Shown piece by piece: positions 59,348 through 64,000 of a stretch of 64,000 nt of DNA. Origin of the DNA: Eledone cirrhosa (taxonomy: Eukaryota); contig CAXHJY010001642.1 in assembly GCA_964016885.1 (NCBI GenBank), forward strand, positions 1 to 64,000, given 5' to 3'. The position numbers and the translations under genes are program-made. Below the pieces are notes generated by a model. It was not told the DNA's origin. It searched no databases and saw nothing but the letters and a program-made list of their open reading frames with translations. Position 1 is the first letter of the stretch, and every line of letters starts with the position of its first letter.

Positions 59348-60561
59348 TGTTTTCGTAAACATACCGTATATTATTCGATGCACAACAGTTACATCCTTAT
59401 ATATATATATATATATGTATATACAGAGCTATGTTGGAGCGAACACGTTAATTATCATTGCTGTGGTATAAGTATGGCCAAATGTATTCGGTCGTTTTTC
59501 TTGGTGTTACACTTTATATTTTTGTGTTTTATCTTAGACGATAATGTTTAGCTTCTCACTCCCTTAACTTCTTTGTGGTTGCCACAAACAACTCGATTTT
59601 ACTTGCTATATGGCGGCTATAACTTCGATTCATACCCACTGGTGGATTGGCAATATTGGTAGAGGGTCGGACGCCATGCTTTGACGCATAGAGTTACGGT
59701 CCTTGCCATTCTGAATTTAAATGCCGCCGAGGTTAACTTTGCCTTTCATCCTTACGGGATCGATAAAATAAAGTACCAGTAATGAACTGGGTAATTGCTG
59801 GCCTTGTGCCAAAAGTAAAAACAATTATTTTATATATATATAAGAAAAACGACCGTCAGTTCTTCCATCACTCGGCCTATGCACGAATATACAAGTATAT
59901 ATAATGAATATCTGTCAATTTCAACGAAGGGTGTTTCAGAACACCCTGTTTATTATATTAACGTTTAAGTAGCTGAACATTCCATAGACCTGTGGGCTGT
60001 TAACGTAATTTTCAGGAGAATTTAGTTCAAAAAAGTGTGAAAAGCCTATCCGACGGGCTGCTAAACAATTTCTGTCTTCTCAATTTCACACACAAGGTTT
60101 GGAATATCGCGAAGATACCATGCATAGCTGTGAAGACAACTCCTTAACAATTTGGATAGTTTTGCCTGTTATATACGGTTTCCAATTCGGGCACTAGGTC
60201 TGCAAGATTGATGTAATGGGAACGTTGATTATATCGAGCCCACTTTTCAGTCTACGGAGGGGGGGGGGGGCTTTTTCTCCATCAACGGCCCTAGTACTAA
60301 TTCTTAAAGCTTGATGCTTATTTTATCGATCATTTTCATCGAGCCGCTAAGTTACGAGACATATACTGAGACACATACACAAACGTAAACCAACACATAG
60401 CACTCATATATATATTAGAAATTTCAGTTGCAACACATTAATCAACCCGAAGATATAGCAGAAGTAGTAGGGACTTGCCCATTGCCCGAGGTGCAACGCA
60501 GTACGACTAAATTCGAATCCACATGTTTCCGAAGTGAGCTCCTTAACCACATACCCATATA

Positions 60562-60660
60562 GAGCGTGTCCCAAAAAATGTATACACACTTTGATTACCT
60601 GTACAGAGAATATTTATTAGAAGGCTGTTGAAGTGTGTATACATTTTTGGGGACACATTG
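60562..60660. mobile_element. 99-bp Tc1/mariner-type MITE
   Basis: TIRs GTGTCCCAAAAAATGTATACACACTT / AAGTGTGTATACATTTTTGGGGACAC, flanked by TA. Confidence 0.8.
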
Positions 60661-61667
60661 TATATTGAGAGAAAGCAACTGCAAATCTTCTTTCATTAGT
60701 TCTTTTGATACCAACCAGCTGGCTTTTGTTCTATGAAACAAAGTCATCCATTTTAAAGAGTTCATATTTAAATCTAAATCTTCCAAAGTAATTTTATATA
60801 AGTATCATATGTTAAATTTTTATATTAGTAATGAAATGATAATTTTAATAAATCCATCAAAATTCTTCATTAAATCATTAAAACAAGAAATGTTTTAATA
60901 GAAATATTGTCACCTAAGGGTTAAGAAAAATAAAACAGTGGGTAATCACATTTGATCATCTCAGAGATGCGTAATTATCGTCTGTGTCATCAGTCTAATT
61001 ATCTTCTGTTTTTAATTGACAATAGTTTATTAACCAGAACTAAGAATGTTCAAACATTCAGACACGACGAGTTGATTAGATGTTAATGAAGATGAAAATC
61101 TGATAAGTAGGCGGAGATAAAAACATTGACAGTTGATGGTAGGAGGAGCTAAAGATGTGATGTAGAACTAACAAGCAAAATGGTTGCTACATTGGTTGGT
61201 GTTAAGAAATGAAAACAATTTAACAGTTGACACACACTTACAGGCAAACTTGCAGCAATAAACAGTTAAACACGTACACGCATACATATACACACCTGCT
61301 TACACACGTGTATATATATGCAAGCATACATAAATATACACACGTACATACATGCATATATATGCACACACACACACGTATATATACACACACACACATG
61401 TATATACACGCACACACATGTACTTCTTTGATTTGTGGTTTTCCCGGTCCCAGTAACGCAGACTATCAATATATATATATATATATATATTATAATTGAA
61501 TATAAAAGAAAAACGAACACAGTTATATACATATGTGTGTTCAAATCGTAAGGGACCAGATTCGCTAAGGTGAAAAGAATACTAACTATAGACAATAGGG
61601 TTTGCCAGACTCAATTTAAGAATAAATCAAGAAAATAAATACAAACCGGAATTGAGGTAACTACCAA

Positions 61668-61747
61668 TCACCCAGACAGCTTTGGTAATGCTGTTTCGCA
61701 AAATTAATTGTGAAGGGGAATGCCAATTCTTGCTCATCAGTGGGTGA
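61668..61747 (-). ncRNA. Canonical type I hammerhead ribozyme (family E)
   Basis: UCACCCA-CUGAUGA-GCAAGAAUU...AAUUUUGC-GAAA-CAGC/AUUACCAAA/GCUG-UC^UGGGUGA. Confidence 0.92.
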
Positions 61748-63727
61748 AGAATTCGTATCCTATACACTTCTAAGTATATTAAGACACTGAATAGTGTGCT
61801 ATATATAATAACGCACATGGTATCTTAGCGTGTCTCACAAACTCACACCACTAAAAATAGCAGCCAGGTTTATTCGACATTTGAATTAGCTCAACAAATT
61901 AACGGAGCCGAATATATCAAAGGTATACATGTGTGTGTGTGTGTGTGTGTGTGTCTGTGTCTGTGTCTGTGTGTATACGTGGTAATTGCAATTCTGTGCT
62001 GGGGATGCTGCTGTACTCCGTCCCCGAATGCAAGAGTTGATGTTTCATCAAGTGGTAAATAATTCTGTAGGTGCTTCGGCCCCCTTCCACTGCGACACCA
62101 TAGCTTCTAAGGGTCACCGACCACGGTAGGCGACGGAACTCCTGCGCAACAGCATAATATTATATGAGTCTAGTGTTGTGACTCCGAGCGAGACATTTCC
62201 ATACACTTCAATGTGTCAGGTGCACCATTCATCTCTCTTGAGCCAGATCAAGTAACTCGATTTCTCAGCTGCTTCTGATAATTCCCTCTAAAGGTGTCTC
62301 CTTTCATTCATCATCTGCCGAAGGCCCCTGTGCTGTGAAAAAAATGTGATTCCGAGAAATCATGTAACACCTACCTCTACAGGGAAATACGATGCCTCGC
62401 ATGCCCTGGTTTCACATACTTCCTAGTCACTGTACTTCATATGTCACTGTACTTCCTAGCCTTTTCTGTTAAATGCATAGTTATTGTTCGCCTCCCAAGA
62501 GTCAGCAAGCTCCACCGTCCTCACCACCTTCATTCCCTTTCCACACCAGACGAGGTCGGTCTCTTGGTCATAAAAACGTCAAGTGGTATTTACTGCCAAT
62601 ACCATCTCACACCTTCCAAATTCTCTTCCTTCTTTCTTGTAATGGCTATCTTGCAGCGTTCTCCCTCTTTACAAAACTTCTTCTTGTCGTTTTGTGCTGC
62701 CTGCAGTCTCACAACGTTGTTCATCCTTTTCACCCTCTCTTCCACTGTATGGTCAGCATGGTTCACTTTTTACTACATTTGTACTTCTCGATTATTGAAT
62801 GGATAGACAATTCTATCGGACCACCATTCTTGTTAGAATCACACATGTAAAGGTTTATGGCAAGCCATATATATATATAACTGGTTATGCACGAGGAGTG
62901 CATTAAGGTTTTCCAGGACACAGTGTTATGTACCGTGTAGGGGAAGGTCAGCTTACAACAGAGTGGTGCTCAACGAAATGCAGAAAATAGGTGTATATTC
63001 CAGTTTAGCTATACTCCGGGGCGTGTATAAAGAATCAAAAAGAATAGAAAGATGCAGTAAAAGAGATTTATTCGGTTCTAACGTACGTTTCAATAGACAT
63101 CAATTTGCATAGATTATATATATATATAAACCTACTAGCCTCTTTATCTATCTTTCTATTCTCTTAGGGGTTGATGGTCAGTTGTACTGTCCATGTTTGG
63201 TGAGAGGTAGTATTGGGACCTGTAAATACTAACACTCTCCCATCCCCTCTGGCTTTCGGCTGACTGCCACAGACGGGATGGGTAGCAGTAAACTATGGTA
63301 CAGGCCTGAATGGGTCATTGTTTGGCTGAGAGGGGGAACTGGCTAAGCGAATTTCGTTGAAATCTGCGGTAGCTAATGGTCAACTTCCTTCGGACATGCG
63401 CCTGCGCAGACCGGTGGGGGTGAATTGGTACTCATAAGGGAACGGATGAAGAACCCAAAAGCACACACTTCGTCCGTACCCATGTCGATTCAATTACAAT
63501 TGCCTCGGAAACATAACCTTATTATGTAACAAGCTGTCTGACGATGTCGCGACACTGGCACACAGAACAGTGTGGCCACTTTCGCCATTGAAATATATAT
63601 CAGCATTATTATTAAAAGACATGAACATCTGAAAGTACTTCGCTTTTCCTTATTCGATATTTACTCCGTCACTCCTATGTGGAATAAGTACGTTGAGTGC
63701 TTGATTTGAATTGCATCAATATTTACC

Positions 63728-63828
<101 letters not shown>

Positions 63829-63911
63829 TATATATATATACACATATATATATATACATATATATATATGTATTTATGTATATATATATAAATATATATA
63901 TATATAAATAA

Positions 63912-63964
<53 letters not shown>

Positions 63965-63969
63965 AATAA

Positions 63970-64000
<31 letters not shown>

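Noticed and set aside
62441-62850. Overlapping ORFs or a possible LINE endonuclease remnant on the minus strand
   Set aside because: Only a vague WKGNEGG match; not enough to call.

Overview
Eukaryotic, very AT- and microsatellite-rich DNA with no recognisable host gene; the repeat landscape suggests an invertebrate, probably an octopus/cephalopod (inference). Most ORFs in the track are translations of simple repeats. The real coding remnants are all transposon pseudogenes: a Helitron RepHel (0.4-3.4 kb), a Penelope-like element (PLE; RT plus C-terminal GIY-YIG, 15.5-18.4 kb, minus strand), fragments of R4/Dong-like, HERO-like, CRE-like, RTE/RTEX and CR1/Jockey-like LINEs, and mariner pieces. 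There are also MITEs and many tRNA-type SINEs. The main result is non-coding. Folding by eye, I find about 24 type I hammerhead ribozyme (HHR) motifs with an intact core and about 6 degenerate ones, from more than 12 unrelated short families. They mostly sit in (TA)n tracts as fold-back (inverted) or more-than-one-turn head-to-tail inserts, which fits a community of PLE-mobilised, retrozyme-like circular RNAs. Four unrelated families carry the compensatory U3:A8 core instead of C3:G8. All folds, counts and coordinates are manual and need computational confirmation.
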